From positions 2,681,416-2,745,415 of the forward strand of contig OZ316897.1 in the NCBI GenBank assembly GCA_973895155.1: a stretch of 64,000 bases of DNA. The letters run 5' to 3'. Below the pieces are notes generated by a model that did not search any database, was not told where the DNA came from, and worked only from the letters and a program-made list of their open reading frames with translations. The stretch comes from Marsupella aquatica (lineage: Eukaryota; Plantae; Marchantiophyta). Made by a program: the position numbers and the translations under genes. Below, one piece after another: positions 1 to 12,000 of this stretch (position 1 is its first letter; every line of letters begins with the position of its first letter).

Positions 1-1512
1 GAACTTTGACGATCACTGCCTCTAGGTTGATTGGTGCTTCTATTGCAGGCATAGGGAGATGCGGGCAACTTGAAGGGGCGGCCTCGTCGATCCACTCGGG
101 GTAAAATTCCGACCACTGCAAGTGCTTGGACGCCCGCTCGAAGGGGAACACATGGTATCTGGCCCACCCAACAGTGAACTGATGCCAGTTCTGCTCTTCC
201 TCCTCATCGATGTTCACCAGCCCGATCGTCAGACCGTTCCCGTGTTTTTCCAGTTGCAGGAGCCTGAGTAGAGAAGCGCCTTTAGGCAGGTCGCAGTATG
301 TGACAGTGTTTCCCGACCCCGGGAGCTTCAGTTCCTCTAGTGACGACGCCCCTGCCCTTTTGCAACCTGGGAAAACGTTGTGTAGCGCCCTGCATCCAGA
401 AGTCCAGAAATTGGGGTAAGATTTACCACCTTGTGATCCAAACGGCAAAGAAACTTTAGTTGAGGCAAGAAATTACAAGTTTTCACCCTGCCCCCTTAAT
501 AATTTCACAAAAATTGTAATTGACAACAGTCCAAGGATTCAGTAAGAACTGATGGTCGAGCCATACAGAACTGTAATAATCTAGAAAAAGTTAATCGCAC
601 AGAATCGAGAAAGTTTCAGAGGTCCTAGCTTGCTGGTGATATTAGGTGAGCTTGTCCCGAGATAATATAAAGAGTGACCGACAAGTCGACCTGCGCGCTC
701 CAGAATTGGAGATTTCAAGATGAATATTTGTTTAAATTTTTAGAGCTCAGACGAAGTGCGTTGAGCAGATCTCCGGAGTCGGCACAAGGATTAGAGAGCT
801 GAATATTGCTATAAATTGCGACGTCAGTCGACTGGTGATCGAGAATGAAATATATACCTTGATGAGCCACTGACATATGTAGTCTGAAGAGGTCGGTCCC
901 CGTCTGAGCCCCCGGCGTCGACGGGATGGGATTCTGGGTAAGTGAGAGACAACACTGCAATGGCACACACCAGGCCAAGAAGCACGACTATCTTCTTGGG
1001 GGTCTTCGATTTTTCATACTTGTCCTCGTCACCATCGACCAGCTGGGAGTGTTCATCTGTTTGCCCCTTAGTGTAAAAGTCCTTCGCCACTTTCTTCGGT
1101 TGCAAACGCTCAAAACTGCTGAGCAGTCCTCGTCCAAGTTCTTCAGCATCTAGCTCATCCCTGTAAAGTAAACAAAAGGCGTTAAATCGCTATACTCGTT
1201 AGACCACGTCGACAGGATTCGTCCTTCTAGTACTGTCTCGTTTGTTACAAATGAAAACTCCACTAGAATTGCATATTGGTGTTATACGCGACGCGGGACT
1301 TCAGCACTTAGACAAGGCGTAGGACTTGTCCTATAACTGGAATTGAGCTAGGTTTCCTCCAAGGAGACCGTTAGTAACTTGGCATACTCGATTGTGTATT
1401 TTCGTTAGTGTGTTTGCAAGGAATTGCAGAAGTCAGTGAGTAAACTTATTTTTATTGCTTACACGAGAGATGATCCAGGCTGGCGAAATCGACCTCCCTT
1501 GCTAAGCTTCAT
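1..1512 (-). CDS. GT8 glycosyltransferase, GUX/PGSIP (xylan glucuronosyltransferase / glycogenin-like) family; 5' part, runs off the window start
   Basis: Manual splice model with matching phases: exon 1512-1463 (MKLSKGGRFRQPGSSLV), exon 1160-858 (type II TM segment IVVLLGLVCAIAVLSL), exon 389-1. The last exon encodes IGLVNID...LQWSEFYPEWIDE...CPHLP...LEAVIVKV, matching the GUX/PGSIP motif W..LYPEWIDEE...CP.LP...LD.I.VKLPC. Confidence 0.85.
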
Positions 1513-1889
1513 ATCGAATATAATTCCTCTGTATAGAAATCTCTTGAGTCAATCCTCTGGACCAATTTTTTTCGGACACCACGTCCTCTGGCCTACTTCT
1601 GCTATTAACACTGGTGGTAAGGCTCCTTCTCAAGCTCTGTTTCTAGAACTGGGGGTATGCTCAATACTGAGCTTAAACTTCTTCAACATCTGCCACTCGA
1701 GAAGCACTTCCTCGGGGAAAAACACTCCGGAAGATTGATGTAACCCATCTCGAAAACCAATGTGTCGATAGACTTCTCACCTGATTTCCCCAAAACTCTA
1801 ACTGACATGTATGAACTATGTCTTCAACCGCTAGGCCAAACACCATCGCTCTGAACCACAAGAAATGAAGTTCTGCTGACTGTCTCGGA

Positions 1890-2003
1890 TCATTCCAGAA
1901 GTTCCATATCATCAACCGCCTCTGCTATTATTGACATCGCGAGATATGCGTTAAATCCCAAGGCGCATGTAAGGACTGACAACACCCAGAGCTCGACAGC
2001 CAT
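1890..2003 (-). CDS. Micro-ORF 3 (37 aa, MAVELWVLSVLTCALGFNAYLAMSIIAEAVDDMELLE), putative uORF/microprotein
   Basis: ATG in aaataATGG context, TGA stop. Hydrophobic N-half with LWV and Cys, acidic C-terminus; more distant relative of micro-ORFs 1 and 2. Confidence 0.55.
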   Translation of the reverse strand: MAVELWVLSVLTCALGFNAYLAMSIIAEAVDDMELLE

Positions 2004-2204
2004 TATTTACCGCTTATGATACTTGAAGTGTTATCCTAAGTGCGCTTAGCTGATAGACTTCAGGAAAGCGACTGGTGAATCAATCCTATATGTCAGCTCA
2101 ATTCGGTCAAACATGCAGTCTAGAAGCTGCTAAGCTTGATCGCTGTCTGGAGCCGAATTCGTTGGTCCAGAATTGATTTCGACTCTTTCTTGTACTAGAC
2201 GTAC

Positions 2205-2321
2205 TTAGATGCATTGTTCTTCAGCCTCTGAGAACAAATCGTCAATGATTTCTTTCACCATTCCCAGAAGTAGCACACTCCCCACGCACTGAGTAAGGAT
2301 GACCCACACGGTGAACGGCAT
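2205..2321 (-). CDS. Micro-ORF 2 (38 aa, MPFTVWVILTQCVGSVLLLGMVKEIIDDLFSEAEEQCI), putative uORF/microprotein
   Basis: ATG in gaaaATGC context, TAA stop. Gapless 32-codon alignment to micro-ORF 1 with 15 identical residues. Confidence 0.7.
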   Translation of the reverse strand: MPFTVWVILTQCVGSVLLLGMVKEIIDDLFSEAEEQCI

Positions 2322-2495
2322 TTTCGGCACTCAAAATAAATCAGTGCCGATTTACGTATGGAAGCTCCGCTTGAAATATCAGTTGATCTCGTCACGAAGC
2401 GGAATCCAATGAATCTCTTCGAACAGCTCCTTGCTACCCGGTGTCACCGTTGATTTGAGAACCTGCACTTTCCGCTGAAGTCTGTGAGCTGGCTT

Positions 2496-2636
2496 CTAGA
2501 CGGACTTACAGTTGACAACAAGAGCTGGTTCCTCCTCGTCGGGAAGCACGGCATCGATCAAGTCTTTCAGCATCCCCAACACCATCACATTCCCGAAGCA
2601 CTGCAAACAGAATACCCACAAAGTCTCAATTGCCAT
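2496..2636 (-). CDS. Micro-ORF 1 (46 aa, MAIETLWVFCLQCFGNVMVLGMLKDLIDAVLPDEEEPALVVNCKSV), putative uORF/microprotein
   Basis: ATG in gattATGG context, TAG stop. Paralogous to micro-ORF 2; its N-terminus (MAIETLWV) resembles micro-ORF 3 (MAVELWV). Confidence 0.7.
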   Translation of the reverse strand: MAIETLWVFCLQCFGNVMVLGMLKDLIDAVLPDEEEPALVVNCKSV

Positions 2637-2827
2637 AATCTCTTCTATCACGAATGACTCTCTTCCTCTCTGGAGAATCGAAGTTGTCCGAGAGTCCTAG
2701 CTTTCATCAGTACTCAAGCGATCAGAAAGCTCGAGAACGTCTTTGGCAACGATCATTCACAAATCGCCAACCAAAAGTCTTCAGCCTGGTGGACTTCCTC
2801 TCGTGCCGACTGGTGGACTTGGCTCGG

Positions 2828-2835
2828 TTTATATG
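2828..2835 (-). promoter_or_regulatory. Candidate TATA box (CATATAAA) for the micro-ORF/GUX transcript
   Basis: TATAAA on the minus strand about 190 nt upstream of micro-ORF 1. Confidence 0.45.
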
Positions 2836-3274
2836 TCCTCCCCACCTCCCCACCTCTCCCCCTCACACCAAAGTACCTGAGCCTGTACTTTCCTCCCATC
2901 GATTCGGGCAGCTTATCCATCAGTCCAATTCACTCAATTCAGTGATGCCACAGAACTGTAGATCGAGTAGAGTGATCCGGAATTGGGAGCTGAGCGATTG
3001 AACTGAGCGGTGCGTTGGTCAGCTAATCTCTGGGATTAGCTGAATCAAACACATGCCTCACCGCCTGCCTTCTCTTAGTTTGCTACGGCCCAGCCGAACC
3101 TCTGGCGGCGCTCACCAAATCACCGAAGTTAACTACCTCCCGGGCTGCACGCATGCATTCATGAACGAGTGAATTGATGAATGATCGTCCTCGAGATTCA
3201 ATCATTCTGTTGAAGAGTCCCGACGCGATTTCTGCTTCACCGACATTCTGTTCCTCCGCAGTGTTTCGGTAAGC

Positions 3275-4085
3275 GGTTTGGGAGGATTCCGCTCTTGCGA
3301 CCGACGCATGGAACCCTTCCAGTTCACTTGCGAACTTGGATTTGGTGGGATCCCTTTGTAATCACTCCCTAGTGTAGTCCAGTTTTTTAAATTTGTTTTT
3401 ACAGAGGTTTATTAACCTGTCCCCAAAACAAAATTCATTATCAACTTGTCTTCCATTCTCTATATAGATTCTCATGAATAGAACCATGGTTACAAAGCTT
3501 TTGTTCTCATTGGTTAGGGCTCCCTGTTGCCATGAGGGGAGTTGCCATCTCCGCCGATTAACTCGCACCCCTCCTGCTCCCCCCTCTCTGCTGGCCGGAC
3601 GGTTTGGGAGGATTGGGCTCTTGCGACAGGCACATGGAACCCTTCCAGTCTACTGCTGAACATGGTTGGACGGCTTTGTGATCACTCAGTAATGTAGTCC
3701 AGTTTTAAAATTTCTTTCTACAACTTTTTATTAACCTCTCCCAAACTACCCAAAGTTCCTAACCGCGCACCCCAACCCCCCCCCCCCCCAAGCAAAACTA
3801 ATTATCAACTTGTCTCCCACCCATTTTCTATATGGGGTATCATGAACTGAACCATGGTTACAAAACCTTTGTGCTCATTGGTTAGGGCTTCCCTTTGCCA
3901 TGTGGCTAGGTGCCATTTCTGTGGATTCAGCCCTCCCTGGCCCCCCTTGCTGGTGGCTTGACATTTTGGGAGGATTCAGGGGCTCTTGCAACCAGCGCTT
4001 GGAACCCTCCAGTCCACTCACAAACTTGGTTGGACTACTTTGTGATCACTCAGTAATGTAGTCAAGTTTTTAAATTTTGTTTTCC
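3275..4085. repeat. Diverged tandem repeat, about 2.5 copies of a 325-365 bp unit
   Basis: Blocks GGGAGGATT...GCTCTTGC...TGGAACCCT(T)CCAGT and ATCACTC..TA(G/A)TGTAGTC..GTTTT recur near 3280, 3606 and 3968; AACCATGGTTACAAA recurs near 3482 and 3850. Confidence 0.85.
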
Positions 4086-4616
4086 CTAGCAAATTGGTAG
4101 AGGAGAAAAGTGATCTCCTCTACCATGCCAATTTCCTTCACAAATTCAGGAAAAAATAAATTTTAATGGTAGTTACATGACACCCATAGCTTTTGAAGGG
4201 CGGGTGTGCTTTAATGGAAAGCCACAGTGCTCCCAATGTATTCTAACTAATATAGTGGCGAAGACCAGCAGGGTGTGCAGCCCTAAGGGGCAGAGCACAA
4301 GCCACCTACTGCAAAGGTATTCTATGATGCAATCAAACAGGAATTTAGATAGCCAGGAGAGTGTTGCTAGCAAGTCACTAGTGGTTTTTAGTTTCTTTTT
4401 ATTTTTGCTGCCTTTTCTACTTCTTAGGTGGTATTGAACTCTACCGCAACTGCTAGCATCCTGTAATCCTTTTTCTTGCGTTACATAACCTACTTGTGAT
4501 TTTGTCTGTCCTGGACACAGTGTGACCATCGATCTCGCTCCTCCTGTTGGCTAGCTGGACAATGATATGGTGTCACTCATCAAGTGTAGTTTTTGTTCTT
4601 GTGATTTCCTGTCCAG

Positions 4617-6067
4617 TCAAGATCAGAGACTCTTCTCAAATCTCTGGAGTTGATATCTATCCTTGCACATTTGGCAACCTTCGGGATTCTTGGGTTAAGG
4701 GTCTTCTTATCAAGTTCACTTATTGAGGCAAGTTGAAATGTGTTCATCATTCTCGTGACTCGAGTAGCACTCCACGTCTGGTCTTTGTCGGATTGTTGCT
4801 TGGTGACTAACCTTACTAAGATCTCACAGTTTTGCAAGATTTTGGGTTTGAGGATGAGTTTAATTTCTTGTCATTCCGTACTTCATGGATGAGTCGTGAT
4901 ATCTTGTCATTCAGTACATTATGTAATTCTTTTGGGACGAGTGCACTTGGATCCCTTGGGTATGACTACTCACAAGCTGTGAGCGGCGCATTTGTTTGCA
5001 TATCCAAGTGCTCACAAGGTATAGTTTGGAGGTCTTGTTTGGCCCTAATGTGGCGAAGTTGACTTCAACCGAAAGTGCACTTTTTATTGATCTTCCTGCA
5101 AGTATGGTAAGAATCTGCCTATTTTCTTTGACAGTCAACCATGCCCAGTCTTCGGAGTTTTTTATGCTTATAGAAATGCTCTCTCAAGCTGATGTGTGTG
5201 CACTGCGGTGGGAATGCAGCTTGGTTCATTCTTTATGGTCTGGGTTTAGTTGGCTTTGTCTTCAAGAAGGACATTGCAATGTTTTCAGAACACTTGGCTG
5301 TTGGGCTCTCTGCTGGTCTCATGGGGAGCATCACAACTTACGCTGTCCATGATGCAATGAAATTTGGCAATCATGGTGACTGGCAGTTGACTTATTTGGT
5401 CTACTAATTGGTGCGTATCTCTGCTCTATTGTCAGTTTCGTTCCAAGATAACTCGAAATGGAGCATGAGGATGCTGTTGCAAGCCTGAGGAAGTCATTTC
5501 CAGGTCCCGAAGAGTACTACGAATAATTAGCAATTGATGCTAACAAATCAAGTAGAATCTGGAACACAGTTTGGTTTAATTCGAGCTATATATGATGATA
5601 TGTACGTTTTACACTTGCTGAAAGTGGTGGTCTGGCATCTGACAGGAATATACTTGGCCCAAATGTCTCTCGTGGTGGGAGAGGACACGGCACGCCTTTT
5701 GCACAGAACAATTCAATTTATAAAGGATGAGAGGAGTTGCAAAGGGTTAGAAAAGTGGCATGTGTCTGCACCTAACAATCTCAATCGTTGAAATTTGAGC
5801 CTCGCCCTGTTCATATTTCTCGGTGGTGGCTTATGGGTAGCATCAGTGGTTCTGACACTGATCGATACAAACTCAACATCGAGAACAACTCTTTGGCTAG
5901 CTTGTTGGCTTGCTCCACCAGGAGTATGGTTTCGATGGTATTTTGCTCATTTGAATGGACATGGCATCGGACCAAAGCACCACCAGAAGTGGTTTCCTGT
6001 GGGAACATTCTTGGTTAACGTGACAGCTTCTTCCCTTAAAGCTGGTCTGACATCTGTCGATTCTGCT
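4617..6067 (+). pseudogene. FEX: Fluoride exporter (FEX / CrcB-Fluc family) pseudogene
   Basis: Exon remnants ISILAHLATFGILG, VLTRYSLEVLFGP...DLPASM, LAVGLSAGLMGSITTY and LWLACWLAPPGVWFRWYFAHLNG...WFPVGTFLVNV. Disabled by frameshifts in the 5220-5410 exon, an in-frame TGA at 5789-5791 and non-canonical splice sites; no last exon found. Confidence 0.85.
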
Positions 6068-7499
6068 GTAAGTTCTTTCTGTCTCGCTCTGAGCTGTGTG
6101 CTCGCTCTCTGTGTTCAAAGCCAATGTGTACCAATGAGTTTAGTATCTTTTGGAATACTATTGCACGTTGTGTCTGTAGTAACCTTTGCAGATATTAGTT
6201 GCTCACGGTATTGAAATGCTCAAATGAAGCTGGGGACGGAAGGTCTGATACCGAAATAGGGTGCTCCCATAAGGAAAAATGAAACAAACATATCTCTCCC
6301 TCAACAAATTTATGACATTTCCCTGACGTATGTTTCGTCAAACGTAGGTCGGGAAGTATACTTCCACAGTGGTTGTGGGCGGTAGTAACCTAAGAGACGC
6401 TCGGGGGCTTGAGCACTGTTTTGACCTTCGTTACCGAGATACAGCAGATAGTGCACGAGGGGAGCAATCGGTGGCGATCGTATGCTTACCCAATCATCTC
6501 ATTGGCCGTTTCCCTCGTTATTGGAATTCTAATATACGGAGTCCCGGTGTGGTCAAAGGCTGTGTGAATGTGGGCATGTGCAAATCGGGCGTTGCCTGGA
6601 GTCTTTGAATTGGAACTCAGAAAGTGCCTACCTCCTCTTCTTCACAAGTTTAACAATTTGCAAAGATTTTATAAATGTTCTCTTGCATTTAGCCTGTTGG
6701 TAAGTCTTTTGAACACTGGACAAGTCATATTTGATTTGCTAAAAAAAGTGCTTAATAGGACTCATCAAATGAATCTAAAGGTCAGATTAGGTTTATAGAT
6801 CGATAACACATTTTCTATAGCATATCTTGGGCTGGGGGCACTACACAAAATTGCATATAATTAGTTGTCCTAAAAGAGCCCCTGAAGGAAGTGTGACTGA
6901 TTTGTGGGAGTAAGTGTTATTTTGATCCCTTTGGAATCATTAGTGTATTATTAGAACCGGGTGTGTAGAAATGCATGTTATTTTTAATCTTGTCAAGCTA
7001 ATAATTATAATCAAAAATTAAAATACACTAAAGGCATTCAAAAATCTAAATTTGGTAAAAGCATTGTTTTTAATATTCAGCTAGGTATTTAAAATTATAT
7101 AATATAGGGCACAAGTTTTTTTTAATTAAGTTTATTGGTTTTTTTCACATATTTTAGGTGTTTGCACTAAGTCATTCCCCATGGATTTGATATTTTGCTC
7201 AAAATTTAAATGCACACAAAGGCCCAAAAATAAATTTATGATGAATAAAAAATGGGGAAAAATCAAATACTCTTTAGGCCAACACTAAAAAATTGATTAT
7301 TGGCTCTCAAGTCAAGTGAGGTCATTCAAATGGCTGTAGGGTGCTTTAGGTACAAGAGTTGTTAAGTATTTTCTTTGCATACCTCAAGACCAAGAAGTTT
7401 TTGCTCAAAAATCACTAGTAAGTGCATGAATGAAACACATAATGTGTCATAAATTGATATGTATCACAATAAGTTCTGCACGCATAAAAATATTAATCT

Positions 7500-9030
7500 A
7501 TTTTGCATTCTTTTGTAGATTCTTGGTGTGGCCCAGAGTCACCGAACTCGACTACCTTAACACTTAGTTCCGACATTGTTGATTTTGATGCTGAGCTCCC
7601 CTATGGTCCAGGCCTGGAACGGCCATCCAGGGAGGACTTAGCATGGGGAGACTTGTGTGCAATGGGGTGTGGCACTGGCGAAGGCAAGACGCCAAGCTGG
7701 TTGCACACATGCATTCAGGACTTAGACTAGCTGAGGGCTGGTCTGGTCAAGGGGAAGGGCCGGACTCAAGGTCGACCGTCCGGACTTTAGGACGGACTTT
7801 TATTTCTGAGGGCTTGAGTGAGAGATCCTCTTGGGCCCAAGGCCAATGGATTTCATTCCATGGGCAACGGACGCTTGGGACACGAGTTGCGGCCCGATCT
7901 GGGTTTGGCCAATTGCGGGTCCTGAGCGACGACATGATCTGAGGGCCTAGCTAGGCATGAGCACTGGGTCGGCCCGATCACGACGGGCTAAGGCACTACA
8001 CTTACGGACACCTAATTAGAAAGTTATGGGCATCACCATTTGGTGGCACGCCTAGACGTGCAGGTTGGGTCTAGGTGGGGGGCAAAAATTTGGGGACCAA
8101 AGTAGGTCCGGGGGTGGCAGGTCTCCAGAAGTACATACGAGGGGAGTGATGTCTCCCTTGCAAGGTGCTAAGGGCGAGCCAAAGTCGTGGCCCACACCGG
8201 TCGCGACACTAAAAGAAAATACCAAACGGAAACGGCAATAACTTCCCAATGGGAAGTCCATTGGAGAACTTCTTAGGTGCATTGGAAACCTTGCGAGGAG
8301 AACTACATCCTTCTAAGTTCAGTTGTGTTTAAGGATGCCATGGGTTCTTGGGGTTTGCGAGGGCTATCTCACCCGCTTGCCAAACCCTGTCAAAACAGTA
8401 GCCAAGCCGCGTTCAATCTCCCAAGGGAGCTTGCGTTGGGGAGGCAAGGCCAAGTAAGCCTGGAGGTTGAGTTCCAAGGGCACTTAATCTCTAGACCATC
8501 AGTGGGGCGAGAATCGGGAGTTGGTTGCTAGCATCGGGGCCTTTCTGGTCCCGATGTGTTGGGACAAGCTAAGCTATTTGGGTCATGTCGAGCATGTCCT
8601 AGGGGCAAGGCGGTCAATTGGATGGATAGGTCCAGGGGGAACCCGGCTGCACCCAAGGAAGGAGCTGTTCTGGATAAATAGTGGGTGTCGGTTCTGGTTC
8701 CGGCTTATGGGATCAAGAGGACCTATCACTGACCTACTTACCAAATGTCTGTTGAGCTTGAGTTAGGATACTAGACTTGGGGAGATCTAGATCCTATCGG
8801 GTTACTTACCAAAATACTTGGTTGCTTATGCAGATAGTGAGGACCGTTGAGTGATGGTCGTGTTAGGGAGCAAGCATGGCTTCGTATGGGAGGGGTCACG
8901 GGCAGTGCAAGGGGCATCGAGTTGCTTGCTTGAGGATTTCCGTAGAGGCGTTCGGGCACCAAGGGCACTTAGACGTGGGTGCTGGGATTGGTGAGGGCGG
9001 TGGGTGGCAAGGTCCACCACTCCCAGCACT
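7500..9030 (-). mobile_element. Degenerate GC-rich repeat relic, possibly LINE ORF1-derived
   Basis: GC-rich block with broken reading frames inside AT-rich DNA. A possible decayed zinc knuckle (HVCNQLG...RQC across a frameshift) lies near 7670-7715. Confidence 0.3.
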
Positions 9031-12000
9031 AGCTTTTATAACTTGCAAAATGCATATGTTTGAGCTCCTTGGTGTCTCCCAACACAGCGATAACGTGGAA
9101 ATTGCATTTTCTCTTTTCATTTAGATACTAGTGTTACAGCTGCACATTTGTGCAAATTGCATTTTAATTCTATTTTAATCTAGGTAGTGTTACATGCTCT
9201 GCAAGTTTGTGCAGGTTCCTCATCTGGAAAGGACAGTGCACAAGTTGATTTTTTGTAACCTCCAGTAGTTCTTTCCAATAGAGTAAAAACTGTGTATATG
9301 AAAGAGCATTTCATATTTTGGGGAATTTTTGAGTATTAGGGTCACCTCATTAGTTCATCATAGGGGAAGGTCTATGGTTCACAATGTATATTTCACCACA
9401 AAAGAATGCAGCTGAAAATAGTTCACCTTTTTAATTCCCCACAAGAAAGGGTTTTCAGGTCAAGAGGGTCTAAGGCATGTAAGTTGTTGGAAAGGTCTGC
9501 AATAAATGAACAATCTTGTTAGAGGCCAGGCCCTTCAATAGTGGCACAAACTCAATGTCCGTGCCTTGTACGGCCCATGTTGAAACAAGGCACAGATGTT
9601 GAGTTGAGACAAAGATCTACAAGTGAGACAAAGATGTCAAGGCGGGTTTAGATGTCAATGTGAGGCAAATGTGTCCAAGTGAGGCAAAGATGTCGAGTAC
9701 GGGAAAAGTAGTTCAGGTGAAAAGATGCATAGGAGAGGTAGTGAACCCCCTTTTGGGCTTTGCTGCCTTCAGGCCTGCTTGGGTTCCCTGTCCATGGGGT
9801 TCCCACGGAGTAAAAATTAATATTTATTTATTTTAAAGGTAGAGGTATTGAAATGCATGTGAGGAAAGAAAGCACCGCATTGCAGAGCCCAAGCAAAACC
9901 ACGTGAACGGGGGAATTTTTTTTGTTTCATTTTTCTCTTTTGTTATGATTTTCAATCTATAAAGAAATAAATATTATACTCAAAAAGTTTTTCAAAATAT
10001 CCAATTTTTTAAACTTCAATTTCAATTATTAAATATTAATTTTTTCAGTTAAGGTTTTTCATCTCTAGCAGGTTTGGGCAAGCTAAGGGCCTTGGGCAAA
10101 GGCAATTGTGATTGAAGGGCGTATGAATTGATCTGACAGTGCCAAAAATATAAATTTTGTACGAAGAGCCAGGACTGGTTCCTGGTTTTTTTTCTCATTT
10201 TGTAAACGGATGATGAACGTTTTTGGCGAGATAGATTATTGTAGTGGTAGTGAAGATGTGGTTTAAGTTAGGGGCACTTTACACGACAAGGGTGGCAAGA
10301 GTTTAGTATAAATAAACCTGAGCCATTCAACACAAATGGGCAGTTTGATTCCTCTTTACAATACCACGGAGGCACTTTAGAGCTCTGGAATCTCAATCAT
10401 ATCCCAATCCTACCTGGGAGCTGGGTGGGAGCCACTTGTAAGAATACAGGTGAGAACTTTGCCAAAAGATTGGACCACTTCTAGAGGAGGTCAAAGTTGT
10501 GTCCACTGGATCATGTAGTCATTTCCTTTTCACTTGAGCCCCCCCAAATAACTGAAATTGGTTGTTACTATTTTTTGGCATCTCAAGTGGGCGTTGGACG
10601 AGGCATGGAGATTGACCTCAAATTAGCTCTGTGGCTTGTAAAGTGCAGTTTACATACCAAGTTATATGGTTGTGTTTGGGACTTTGATTTAACACTCTCT
10701 CCCCTGTGATGGGGTCCCTTACTGGATATGGGTATCCCGAGCTATCCCCTACCCTAAGTGTTGCATGCTCTAGAGATGACCATCTACTAAGAGTGAATGG
10801 TCGTTTGGTTTCAAGGGAAAAAAAAAGATATATAGCATATAGTTCTGCTATGTGGGGCTCAATTGGACTATCATGATCATTTGTGTTGATTGCCTTTTGT
10901 ACAAGCCATCTTCCGGGCGGACCTGTGGATTGCATGGCCACCAAATTGCCCTCCTAGCTCGACCCTGTCCACCAGACTCCCCCTCTGCTTTTGACTTCCC
11001 TTTCCAATGTTTTGTATCTTTTCTGTCAACCCTCTTGTGTGCCAACCATTATCACAAGAATGATATGTTATGTATTGCACAAACACTGGAGTTCTGCCAT
11101 CCCTGTTTTTTTTTTCTTTCAACTCTGCTCCCATCTTGTCGTCTTGTGCTGACCAATGTTCTTACCAAGAACATGGAATTTGTGCAAAACAAGAGCATAA
11201 ACATATCATAATCAATTTTTTGTTAATTTTCTATTTGCTTTTTGCCTTCCCATTGCATACATTAAACCTTCACTTGTCCTCCCAACCCGTCTAACTTATT
11301 CATCTTCTTTTCAGCTCTGTTAGTAGTTTTCCCGCTTTCCATCCTCTTTGTACTCATCCAACTCTTGTATTTTCTTTCAGTTGTCTTCCCATAGTGTCAT
11401 CTTCTGTCGACAGAACACATCAATAACACAATTTTTGTCAAGCCTCATAGAGCATTGAACTGGTTTACTCTTCATCTATGATCACTCTAGCCATGTCATT
11501 TCCATCTCTCCATCACAGCTGTCCTAAGGAAAGTGCCAGGTTGGCCAGGAGAATATGTTCCCTGGATCATCAGAGTTGAGTCAAGCACATTCAAATCATG
11601 GTCAGTTTGGGGAACCCCAGGTGTCTGGGTTGTCACAAGTCAGTTCACACTGACCTTTGATCCGGCCCTCAAATCCAGGTCAGCCAGGTTAACCCCTTGG
11701 ACAAAAACAATCCAATCTATCTCATGAACAGTGAGACAAATGAGGTTTGAACCTGGGCCTGGGTAACCAGTCTGTAGATACCATTTGTCGTTCCCTAATG
11801 CAGATAAGCCCCAATGGGAACAATCAGCCCCAATGGGTTTGAGATGATAATATTATGGCTAAGAAATGATTAAGTTTTGATGCATCTAATGTAGGAGCAT
11901 AAAAATAACATCATGAAAACCTAAGAAGAACAGCTGAGTATCCTCAATTTAAACTGCACATTAACACAATTTATCAACATTTGATCTCATTTGTCAATTT

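Noticed and set aside
1890-2636. Identification of the micro-ORFs as IRON MAN, RTFL/DVL, CLE or bZIP/SAMDC-type conserved uORF peptides
   Set aside because: None of the diagnostic motifs I know for those families is present.
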